From NCBI GenBank assembly GCA_043754515.1, contig JAYUUO010000046.1, positions 1 through 16,788 on the forward strand: DNA of 16,788 nt, written 5' to 3'. The DNA comes from Armatimonadota bacterium. GTDB lineage: Bacteria > Armatimonadota > Armatimonadia > Armatimonadales > Armatimonadaceae. Position 1 is the first letter of the stretch. The number at the start of each line of letters is the position of its first letter. Made by a program: the position numbers and the translations under genes. Below, one piece after another: positions 1-7,280 of the stretch. The notes below the pieces were generated by a model. It did no database searches, had not been told where the DNA came from, and worked only from the letters and a program-made list of their open reading frames with translations.

Positions 1-60
1 GGGGGGGGGGGGGGGGGGGGCGGCGGCGCCCCCCCCCCCCCCCCCCCCCCCGCGCCCCGC
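1..60. other. Low-complexity poly-G/poly-C stretch, probably a contig-end sequencing or assembly artefact
   Basis: Run of 20 G followed by a run of more than 20 C at the very start of the window. Confidence 0.7.
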
Positions 61-162
61 CGCGATCAAGGACCCGCGACCGGGCGGGAAACGTCCGCCG
101 TCCGGCGCGGGCGCGCCTCCCCGTTCCCGGAAATTAGTACGAGTCTAAAGCCCCGGTTGCGC

Positions 163-1287
163 CTACCCGCCGAACGAGTCTGGGTTCAGAGCCTGCAATT
201 CCGGGAGCGTGAAGATGCCGTCCTTGCGGATCAGCACGTCATCGAAGTAGACCTCGCCCCCGCCCTGCTTCGCGTCCTGCAGGCAGACCATATCCCAGTG
301 GATCTGGCTCTTGTTGCCGTTATCCGCTATGTCGTACGCGTTGCCGGGCGTCAGGTGGAAACTGCCCGCGATCTTCTCGTCGAACAACGTGTCACGCATC
401 GGCACCGTCACGAACGGGTTAAACCCGAGCGACCATTCGCCGATGTGGCGCGCGCCCTCGTCGCTGTCCAGGATCTCATTCAGTTTCGCCGTGTTCGCGC
501 CCGCGTCCGCCTTGACGATCTTGCCGCCCGCGAACTCGAACCGGATGTCACTGAACACCGTGCCGCGATACACCGTGTCGCAGTTGAACTGGATCGTGCC
601 GTTCACGCTGTCGCGCACGGGGGCGGTGAAGCACTCGCCGTCGGGGATGTTACGGTGCCCGGTGCAAGGGATCGCCGCGATGCCGCGAATCGAGAAGGAA
701 AGGTCGGTGCCGGGTCCCTTGATGTGAACGCGATCCGTGGACTCCATCAGCGATTTAAGCGGCTGGACCGCCGCTTCCATCTGCTTGTAATCTACCGCGC
801 CGCAGACACGGAAATAAAACTCCTCGAACGCCTCGGTGCTCATGCCCGCCGACTGCGCCATGCTCGGGTGGGGCCAGCGGAGCACGACCCATTTGGTGTG
901 CGGCACGCGGATCTGGCTGTGGACGCGGTGCCACCACTGCTTCTCATAGACCGCCATTTTATCGCCCGGAATGTCGGCGTACTCGCTCGTGTTAAACGAG
1001 CCGCGCACGGCCACGTAGCACTGCGCGCTCTGCATCCGCGCGGATTCCACGTCCCCGATGGCGCGCATCTGTTCCTCGGACGCGCTCAGGATCAGGGCGC
1101 GAAGCACCTGTTGCTGGTGGGTAAGCACTAGGGGTAGGCCCCCGGCTTCGGCGATGGCTTCGATCAGGGCGACGGTGAACTCGGTCGGCACGTCGGTGTT
1201 TTCGATCAGGACTTTCTCGCCCGGCTGGACATCCATGGAATGGCTAACCAGAAGGCGGGCGAGGGCGGTGAAACGGGTGTCTTTCAT
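163..1287 (-). CDS. Aminopeptidase, peptidase family M29 (AmpS/AmpT-like)
   Basis: Motifs NIPDGECFTAP, GARHIGEWSLGFNP, LFDEKIAGSFHLTPGNAY, NKSQIHWD. Start moved to ATG at 1287 (MKDTRF...), 7 nt after a TACAAT box. Confidence 0.92.
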   Translation of the reverse strand: MKDTRFTALARLLVSHSMDVQPGEKVLIENTDVPTEFTVALIEAIAEAGGLPLVLTHQQQVLRALILSASEEQMRAIGDVESARMQSAQCYVAVRGSFNTSEYADIPGDKMAVYEKQWWHRVHSQIRVPHTKWVVLRWPHPSMAQSAGMSTEAFEEFYFRVCGAVDYKQMEAAVQPLKSLMESTDRVHIKGPGTDLSFSIRGIAAIPCTGHRNIPDGECFTAPVRDSVNGTIQFNCDTVYRGTVFSDIRFEFAGGKIVKADAGANTAKLNEILDSDEGARHIGEWSLGFNPFVTVPMRDTLFDEKIAGSFHLTPGNAYDIADNGNKSQIHWDMVCLQDAKQGGGEVYFDDVLIRKDGIFTLPELQALNPDSFGG

Positions 1288-1294
1288 AGGCGGA

Positions 1295-1303
1295 ATTGTA
1301 CCA
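1295..1303 (-). promoter_or_regulatory. Extended -10 element (TGgTACAAT), probable leaderless promoter of the aminopeptidase
   Basis: Minus strand reads TGGTACAATtccgcctATG; no Shine-Dalgarno. Confidence 0.6.
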
Positions 1304-1393
1304 TTTTTGGGCAACGGGGAAGACTAGCGATGACAGGGCGGGCGCGAATCGTCCCGCCACCCGCTTCAAGGCAACGCGTTCAGGGACGCGCGT

Positions 1394-2029
1394 TCAGGGC
1401 CGTGTGACGGGCAACTCGAAAACCTGGACGAAGTAAACGCTCCCGGAGGCGTCCGCGCGAACGCCGATCGCGCTCCGCGTGTACCCCGGAGTCAGCATAT
1501 TCTCCCGGTGCTTCTCGCTCGCGATCCAGCCGTTCACCGCGTAGGAGACTTCCTCCCCAGAGCGAGCACTGACCCACGCCAGGTTCTCTCCCGCGAGTGC
1601 CCACCTCTCCCCCGCGTCGTTCAGCCGGTCGAAGACGGTATGGTTTTGCGGGTCGGCGTGGCTGAAAAACCCCTCGGCCGCCATCCGCGCCGCGTAGCCG
1701 CCCGCGATCCGCGCGAGGCGATCATCATGCGTCAGCGGTGCCAAACCCTGCGACTGCCGATAATCGTTGACCGCCTTCTCCGCCGCCAGGGAAAGGTCGT
1801 CGGGGAGCGCGGTCTGGGACGAAGCGGCGAGCGAGGCCGGTGCCGGAGCGACGGGTAGTGACGGGGCCGTAAACAGAGACGCGGCGACGGGTATTGTCGG
1901 CGACGGGGCAACGGCGCGGGGCGTCGGCAACAGGCCCGCGGCGTTACCGCCGCTACAGCCTGCGAGGACGAGACTGACGGCACTGAGGCCCATCAGCGGG
2001 GCGAACGAGAAAAAAGAGCGATTCATCAT
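1394..2029 (-). CDS. CAP (SCP/PR-1) domain lipoprotein
   Basis: Signal peptide with lipobox LAGC, Pro/Ala-rich linker, CAP motifs VNDYRQSQGLAPL, FFSH, GENLA, WIASEKHRENML; AAGGA RBS upstream. Confidence 0.88.
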   Translation of the reverse strand: MMNRSFFSFAPLMGLSAVSLVLAGCSGGNAAGLLPTPRAVAPSPTIPVAASLFTAPSLPVAPAPASLAASSQTALPDDLSLAAEKAVNDYRQSQGLAPLTHDDRLARIAGGYAARMAAEGFFSHADPQNHTVFDRLNDAGERWALAGENLAWVSARSGEEVSYAVNGWIASEKHRENMLTPGYTRSAIGVRADASGSVYFVQVFELPVTRP

Positions 2030-2081
2030 GGCAGAGTTCCTTCAGTCGTCCGGGGCAATCACAACCCCTCGGGACACTGCT

Positions 2082-2087
2082 ATTATA
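2082..2087 (-). promoter_or_regulatory. Consensus -10 box TATAAT for the CAP lipoprotein gene
   Basis: Perfect TATAAT on the minus strand ~52 nt upstream of the start codon, in otherwise GC-rich DNA. Confidence 0.5.
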
Positions 2088-2106
2088 AAATCGGGGGGTG
2101 AGATGC

Positions 2107-2126
2107 TCCGTGACGGGCGTCACGGA
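2107..2126. promoter_or_regulatory. 20-bp palindrome, candidate operator or small hairpin
   Basis: TCCGTGACG-GG-CGTCACGGA, perfect 9-bp arms, at the expected -35 position of the TATAAT promoter. Confidence 0.35.
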
Positions 2127-2156
2127 AGGGTGTGATTTGAGGCGTGATGGGGCGTT

Positions 2157-2595
2157 CGGGCGTCGGGCCGCGCCGCGTTCGGCCTCGCGCCCGCCTAATC
2201 CGGCACCGGTGGCGGTTGGCTTCGTTCGTCGGACTCCCACCCCCTAGCCCCCTCCCTCAATCCTTGAGAGAGGGGGAACCTCGCTTGTTGATAGCAGGAC
2301 GTGTTTCTCTTCCCTCGACGGATTGATACCTATCGGGTCAATGACCCGGCAAGCGGCCATGCCTCCTACTATCAACAAGCGAGGTTCCCCCTCTCTCAAG
2401 GATTGAGGGAGGGGGCTAGGGGGTGGGAGTCCGAACGAGACGAGCCGCCCTCCACCGGTGTCCGGGGTGGGAGTCCGAACGAGACGGGACGCCCTCCACC
2501 GGTGTCCGGGGCGCGAGGCCGAACGAGACGAGCCGCCCTCCACCGGTGCCGGATTAGGCGGGCGCGAGGCCGAACGCGGCGCGGCCCGACGCCCG
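2157..2595. repeat. Composite nested inverted-repeat element (MITE/BIME-like)
   Basis: Perfect 56-bp outer IR (2157-2212 / 2540-2595) and perfect 66-bp inner IR (2229-2294 / 2369-2434); each inner arm contains a REP-like stem-loop CCCCCTCCCTCAA-TCC-TTGAGAGAGGGGG. Confidence 0.85.
2431..2548 (+). repeat. Tandem repeat, 3 copies of a 30-bp core at 44-bp period
   Basis: CCGAACGAGACG(AGC/GGA)CGCCCTCCACCGGTG starting at 2431, 2475 and 2519. Confidence 0.9.
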
Positions 2596-2636
2596 CCTAC
2601 CGCAGGGTTTAGGGGCGGAAGGTATCCGACTCCCCA

Positions 2637-3278
2637 TTAAAACAAAGTAGTCGGCGGCTCTTTGCGCGCCTCGATCACCTTCAGCCGCGCCGCCTCTACG
2701 TCCTGCACCAGCATCGCCCGTGCCGCGTCGTACGCCTCGCCTTCCTGGCGCAGGATGTACGCCGGGTGCAAGCCCGCGATAGCGTAGCGGACATATTTCG
2801 ACTCGAAGAACTTGCCGCGCTCCTGCGTCATCTTGAAGTTCTTGTGGATGATCGCGGACGCCGCGGGCGCACCGAGACACAGAATCACGAGCGGCTTGAT
2901 CGTCGCCAGCGTCGGGTCTAGCCAGTTCGTGATGCACTTATTCGCCTCGTCGGCGGTTGGCGGGCGGTTCTGCAATCGTCCGCCCTCCATCTTCGTCGGG
3001 CGGCACCGCACGACATTCGTGATGAACACATGCTTGCGGAGCATTTTGCACTCGCGCAGTATTTCGTCGAGGAGCATTCCCGCGCGCCCGACGAACGGCT
3101 CGCCGGTCTTATCCTCGTTCTCGCCCGGCCCCTCCCCAACGATCACCAGCGGCGCGTCGGGGTTGCCGACGCCGAACACCACGTTGGTTCGCCCGTTGCA
3201 TAGATCACACCGCGTGCAGTCCGCCGCCTCGACCCGCAGTGCCTCGATTTTAGTCGCCTTGTCAGTCATCTCGCTCAT
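2637..3278 (-). CDS. Uracil-DNA glycosylase, family 4 (4Fe-4S)
   Basis: [42 protein letters not shown] motifs. Confidence 0.95.
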   Translation of the reverse strand: MSEMTDKATKIEALRVEAADCTRCDLCNGRTNVVFGVGNPDAPLVIVGEGPGENEDKTGEPFVGRAGMLLDEILRECKMLRKHVFITNVVRCRPTKMEGGRLQNRPPTADEANKCITNWLDPTLATIKPLVILCLGAPAASAIIHKNFKMTQERGKFFESKYVRYAIAGLHPAYILRQEGEAYDAARAMLVQDVEAARLKVIEARKEPPTTLF

Positions 3279-3391
3279 AGTCGCATCGTTATACCCGAGT
3301 TCGCGGGCGAGTTAGCCTCGGTTGCGCGGGCGGTGTGGTTTCGGTCCACGCTCTAATATGTTCTATATGTTGTCTTGATAGGGTGATCACG

Positions 3392-3516
3392 TTGCGGTTG
3401 GTGCTGTTGAATTACCACGCGGGTCTGCCACTTACGCCCGTACGCGGTTCGTCGGGGGGCGCGGCCCCCGAAGGTGACCCCAGACCCGCGAAACTTCTAC
3501 GCTATACCAACCGCAA
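3392..3516. ncRNA. Candidate structured RNA or fold-back element
   Basis: Nested stems 3392-3402/3506-3516 (11 bp) and 3418-3427/3481-3490 (10 bp) plus an apical hairpin TCGGGGG...CCCCCGA (~3452-3471). Confidence 0.35.
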
Positions 3517-3537
3517 GCGTCTCGGCGGCGTACCGGG

Positions 3538-3543
3538 TACAAT
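3538..3543 (+). promoter_or_regulatory. -10 box TACAAT, probable leaderless promoter
   Basis: ccgggTACAATaactcATG, 5 nt before ATG 3549. Confidence 0.6.
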
Positions 3544-3548
3544 AACTC

Positions 3549-4508
3549 ATGCACCTCGCCCGACTGCCGTTCTTCGACGCCCTGGAAGGGGCCGACTCCG
3601 TGCTACTCGCCGGCGCGGGAGGCGGCTACGACATCTTCGCCGGCCTGCCCCTCTACTTCGCCCTCAAGGGTGCCGGGAAGACCGTCCACCTCGCTAACCT
3701 ATCCTTCTCCCGCATAGACATCTGCGATGGGCGGCATGTCGGCGAGGCGGTGGTGGAAGTCACGCGCGAGACGAAGGGCGGCACCGGCTACTTCCCCGAG
3801 CGGTATTTGAGCGAGTGGTTTTATGAGGCGCAGGGCGAGTCGGTACCGGTTTACTGCTTCAGCCGGGCCGGCGCACGCCCGGTGGCGTCGGCGTACCGGG
3901 GTCTGGTGGCGGAACTCGGCGGCGTGGACGCGCTCGTGCTCGTTGATGGCGGCACCGACTCCCTGATGCGCGGCGACGAACAAGGCTTAGGCACCCCCGA
4001 GGAGGACGCCGTGTCGCTCTTCGCCGCCGACCGCCTCGAAAGCGTGCCGGTCAAGCTCCTGTGTTGCATCGGCTTCGGCGTGGACACCTTCCACGGCGTC
4101 AGCCACGCCCACTTCCTGGAGTCCGTCGCCGCGCTCGCCAAAGACGGCGCGTTCCTGGGGGCGTGGTCGCTGCTGTCGGGGATGCCGGAGGTGGCGGCGT
4201 ACCGGGCGGCGGCGGATTATGTCCACGACAAGATGTTTCACCACCCGAGTATCGTGAACAGTTCGGTGCTGTCGGCGGCGGAGGGGCGGTTCGGGGACTA
4301 CCACGCGACGCACCGCACGGAGGGGAGCGAGTTGTTCATCAACGCGCTGATGTCGCTGTACTGGGCCTTCGACCTGACAGCCGTCGCACGGCGCAACCTG
4401 TACCTGGATCTGCTCGTCGGCACCGAGGACCTGGTAGATATTTGGAACACCCTGGCGATGTTCCGTGCCGGGGTGACGCAACGGGAACGAGTGCCGCTCC
4501 CGATGTAA
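3549..4508 (+). CDS. DUF1152-like protein of unknown function
   Basis: N-terminal VLLAGAGGGYD, LVDGGTDSLMRGDE, GTPEED and GFGVDxFHG motifs recalled for DUF1152 proteins; normal GC-rich codon usage. Confidence 0.8.
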   Translation: MHLARLPFFDALEGADSVLLAGAGGGYDIFAGLPLYFALKGAGKTVHLANLSFSRIDICDGRHVGEAVVEVTRETKGGTGYFPERYLSEWFYEAQGESVPVYCFSRAGARPVASAYRGLVAELGGVDALVLVDGGTDSLMRGDEQGLGTPEEDAVSLFAADRLESVPVKLLCCIGFGVDTFHGVSHAHFLESVAALAKDGAFLGAWSLLSGMPEVAAYRAAADYVHDKMFHHPSIVNSSVLSAAEGRFGDYHATHRTEGSELFINALMSLYWAFDLTAVARRNLYLDLLVGTEDLVDIWNTLAMFRAGVTQRERVPLPM

Positions 4509-4576
4509 GACGCGGTCATCGCGCCCCGCGCGTCGTGTACCCACGGAGTCCCCGCCGAAAACCAAACCCCGCCGGG

Positions 4577-4582
4577 TACAAT
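4577..4582 (+). promoter_or_regulatory. -10 box TACAAT, probable leaderless promoter of cinA
   Basis: ccgggTACAATcgtgccATG, 6 nt before ATG 4589. Confidence 0.6.
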
Positions 4583-4588
4583 CGTGCC

Positions 4589-5836
4589 ATGTTATCCGCC
4601 GAAATCGTCTCCATCGGGACCGAACTGCTCCTCGGGCAGATCACCGACACCGACGCGCCGTTCCTGTCGCGCCGCCTGTCCGCGCTCGGGATCGGGGTGT
4701 ACCACCGCACCACGGTCGGCGACAACTACGAGCGTGCGCTGGCGACCGTGTTGCAAGCCCTGTCCCGCGCCGATGTCGTGCTACTGATCGGCGGTCTCGG
4801 CCCCACGATGGACGACCTGACCCGCGATATTATGGCGGCCGCGACCGACTCGCCGCTCGTGCGCGACCCCGGTTTGGAAGCGCATCTAACCGAATGGTTC
4901 GCGTCCAAGAACTACCCGATGAGCGGCACGATCCTCCGACAAGCGGATGTGCCGACCGGCGCGGTGCCCCTGCCGAATGCGAACGGCACTGCGCCGGGCC
5001 TGTTTCTGGAGAAGGACAGCAAGATCGTGGTCGCGCTCCCCGGACCGCCGAGCGAACTGGAGCCGATGTTCGACGCCGAAGTCGCGCCGCTCCTGAGCGC
5101 CCGATCCGGCGCGGAACGAACCGTTATCCGCTCCCGCACCCTACGCGTGATAGGGATGGGCGAGTCGAACGCCGAGGAACTGATCCGCGACCTGATGAAC
5201 GACGCCAACCCGACCGTCGCGCCGTACGCGAAAACCGCCGAAGTTCACCTGCGCGTGACGTCGCGGGCGGGTAGTGACGCCGAAGCGGACGCGATGAACG
5301 CTGAACGCGCGGCGATCATCCGGGAGCGGCTCGGCGATGTCGTGTATGGCGAGGATGAGACGACGCTGGAGGACGCGGTAGTCGCGCTCCTCAAGGCGCG
5401 CGGCAAAACGGTAGCGGTGGCGGAATCCTGCACGGGCGGGCTACTCGCGGGGCGCATCACGAACGTCGCCGGATCGTCCGACGTGTTCGGCGTCGGCCTC
5501 GTAACGTACGCGAATGACGCGAAAATCTCCCTGTTACAGATCCCCCGCGCCGTAATCGGCGGCGTCGGCGCGGTCTCGCCGGAGGTCGCGAAGGCGATGG
5601 CGGGGCGCGTGCGCGAGTTGGCGACGGCGGACTACGGCCTGTCTACCACGGGAATCGCGGGGCCAGGCGGCGGCACGAACGCGAAGCCGGTCGGCCTGGT
5701 GTATATCGGGCTGGCGACCCCCGAAAAGACGGTCAGTGCCGAGCACCATTTCAGCGGCGGGCGGGCGGAAGTCCGCTACCGGACGACGCAAGCCGGGCTC
5801 GATATGTTGCGGCGGGAGTTGCTGGGGTTGGGGTAG
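4589..5836 (+). CDS. cinA: Competence/damage-inducible protein CinA (MocF-like domain plus NMN deamidase PncC domain)
   Basis: Begins MLSAEIVSIGTELLLGQITDT; GGLGPTMDDLTR, GTAPG, LPGPPSEL, AESCTGG and TGIAGPGGG motifs. The ORF-track start at 4061 is a spurious upstream extension. Confidence 0.95.
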   Translation: MLSAEIVSIGTELLLGQITDTDAPFLSRRLSALGIGVYHRTTVGDNYERALATVLQALSRADVVLLIGGLGPTMDDLTRDIMAAATDSPLVRDPGLEAHLTEWFASKNYPMSGTILRQADVPTGAVPLPNANGTAPGLFLEKDSKIVVALPGPPSELEPMFDAEVAPLLSARSGAERTVIRSRTLRVIGMGESNAEELIRDLMNDANPTVAPYAKTAEVHLRVTSRAGSDAEADAMNAERAAIIRERLGDVVYGEDETTLEDAVVALLKARGKTVAVAESCTGGLLAGRITNVAGSSDVFGVGLVTYANDAKISLLQIPRAVIGGVGAVSPEVAKAMAGRVRELATADYGLSTTGIAGPGGGTNAKPVGLVYIGLATPEKTVSAEHHFSGGRAEVRYRTTQAGLDMLRRELLGLG

Positions 5837-5880
5837 GTAGTTGGGCTGGTAGTGGAAGTGTCGGCGCGGGCCGTTCCGAC

Positions 5881-6017
5881 GCGCGAGCAGGTACCCGGTC
5901 GCGGCAGGCATTCCCGTACCTACCGGAACTGTTCACCGTCCGCGAGTTCCACCGCCCACCCCGATCCCGTGACCCGACGCTACCGGGAACCGCGAGCGAC
6001 CGGGTACCTGCTCGCGC
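5881..6017. repeat. 137-bp element bounded by perfect 22-bp inverted repeats
   Basis: GCGCGAGCAGGTACCCGGTCGC (5881-5902) and its exact reverse complement at 5996-6017. Confidence 0.8.
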
Positions 6018-6237
6018 CAACACTACGAAGGCGGAAGACTACGTAGACAAGGAGACGCTCCGCCTGGCCGGTCAGTCAGGCGTTGGCGTCACTCGGTAAG
6101 TCGCTACGCATACGATTGAAGCGAGCGAATTCGGTCTGACTTATTTCAGAACAGGTACCTGATGTCGTTAAAACGGGCGTGGGAGGAGCAGTCGTAGGTG
6201 CAAGGCAGATCAAATAACAGGATTTCGCATCGTCTGG

Positions 6238-6840
6238 ATGAAGATAGTAAGCAACAAAATGGAAACAATAAAGTTACCGAGCGCGGTTGAAACAGACCTT
6301 TTGTCCGAAGACGTGTTGGATGTGCTGAAAAATGAAGGTGTTGTCAACCTAAGACTCGACACCCACTTCCTAATTGACAAGTACCCTTTAGCTTCCTACT
6401 ACTCCATCAAGGGGGAAGATCATTTTTGTGGTCTCGATGCTCGTAAGTTGGTCATCATAGGGTGTGCGGCTTATATTCTTTATAGTTTCGTCTATGCTAA
6501 AAAACTGGATCGCTCACGTTATGCGAAATGGGAGGAATATATATGCATAGACATGAATAACCGTGGGCAAATCATAATAATACGACCGGCAAGAAACGAT
6601 CTGTTATTTGTCAATAAGAGCGTCAGCCAGTTTAACGCCTGCATGTACTTATGTGAAAAGGTCGGTGCCGAGTTGTACGATATGTATGATAATGAAAAAT
6701 ACATCTACCAGGTAATTCAGGGCCACATAACCAGTGCGCTCCGTGATCTCGACCCGGATATTGTCGGCGAGACACGTCTGTACGCATGCGAGGCGGGGAA
6801 GTTTTGGAACGAAGCAATCGAGACGTACCTTGATGATTGA
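6238..6840 (+). CDS. SUKH-4-like immunity protein, AT-rich and probably horizontally acquired; start may be ATG 6259
   Basis: YICIDxxxxGQI, LFVNKSVSQFNACM, LRDLDP and FWNEAIE resemble the SUKH-4 pattern (FVNSSxxxFxxxL ... LxxxDP ... FW); clearly more AT-rich than flanks. Confidence 0.6.
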   Translation: MKIVSNKMETIKLPSAVETDLLSEDVLDVLKNEGVVNLRLDTHFLIDKYPLASYYSIKGEDHFCGLDARKLVIIGCAAYILYSFVYAKKLDRSRYAKWEEYICIDMNNRGQIIIIRPARNDLLFVNKSVSQFNACMYLCEKVGAELYDMYDNEKYIYQVIQGHITSALRDLDPDIVGETRLYACEAGKFWNEAIETYLDD

Positions 6841-7079
6841 CGTGTATAACTAACCGTCATGTCTTGCACTAAAATGACGCCCCAATCGAGGCGGCTTCCG
6901 CACTGTTTGTCGCCCCCGGTTTCGCTGTCGCTGTGTCTTTCTCCCCTTGAAGGTGGAGGTGGATCGTGTCGAGTGGGCATCACCCCATGTTCCGGTAGCC
7001 CAGATGCGGACGCTCAAGAAAATAGCCCCGTCAATTTCCCTGTCTTCGTTGTAGAGGCCAGGCCACTCACCTGTTGGAG

Positions 7080-7229
7080 ATGAAGCAAGAAATCACCGCG
7101 CAAAAGCCGGGTGCTTTCCGCCACGGCGGCGGCGCGAACTACGGGTTCGCGGACGGTCATGCGAAGTGGTTCCGGCCGAACGCGTTCTCCAGCAGTTGCG
7201 ACAAAACCGGCCCCTGCTTCGAGCCGTGA
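7080..7229 (+). pseudogene. C-terminal H-X9-DG fragment of a DUF1559/prepilin-type protein (49-aa ORF or remnant)
   Basis: Manual translation MKQEITAQKPGAFRHGGGANYGFADGHAKWFRPNAFSSSCDKTGPCFEP*; too short for the ORF track. Confidence 0.75.
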
Positions 7230-7280
7230 AAGCGGGTAGTATACCGCCAGGGGCTGCGGCAGTAGTCTTGGTAATAACAT

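Noticed and set aside
1..60. Poly-G/poly-C as a G-quadruplex or hairpin
   Set aside because: It lies at the sequence edge and is typical of low-quality base calls
73..150. GC-rich imperfect hairpin and AATTAGTACGAGTCTA as a terminator or IS end
   Set aside because: No U-tract, no second copy, and next to unreliable sequence
157..1131. 324-aa plus-strand ORF, and similar long antisense or alternate-frame ORFs (7416-8414, 8415-9404, 9620-10609, 10763-11566, 12929-13642)
   Set aside because: Shadow ORFs of well-supported genes, expected in high-GC DNA; no recognisable motifs
2431..2576. CRISPR array
   Set aside because: Spacers are only 14 nt, resemble each other and the flanking repeats, and no cas genes are present
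2144..2640. Small ORFs sharing PPPSPLPQSLREGEPRLLI on both strands
   Set aside because: Translation artefact of the DNA inverted repeat
3356..3372. ATATGTTCTATATGTTG as a LexA box for UDG
   Set aside because: Does not match GAAC-N4-GTTC, GTTC-N7-GTTC or CTGT-N8-ACAG spacing
3335..3697. 120-aa ORF upstream of and overlapping DUF1152
   Set aside because: Runs through the fold-back element and out of frame into the real gene; low-complexity Arg-rich tail
4061..4588. N-terminal extension making a 591-aa CinA fusion
   Set aside because: Overlaps DUF1152 in another frame; CinA homology and a -10 box both point to ATG 4589
6018..6237. Toxin C-terminal remnant upstream of the SUKH-like gene
   Set aside because: Only short frames with no toxin motif recognisable by eye
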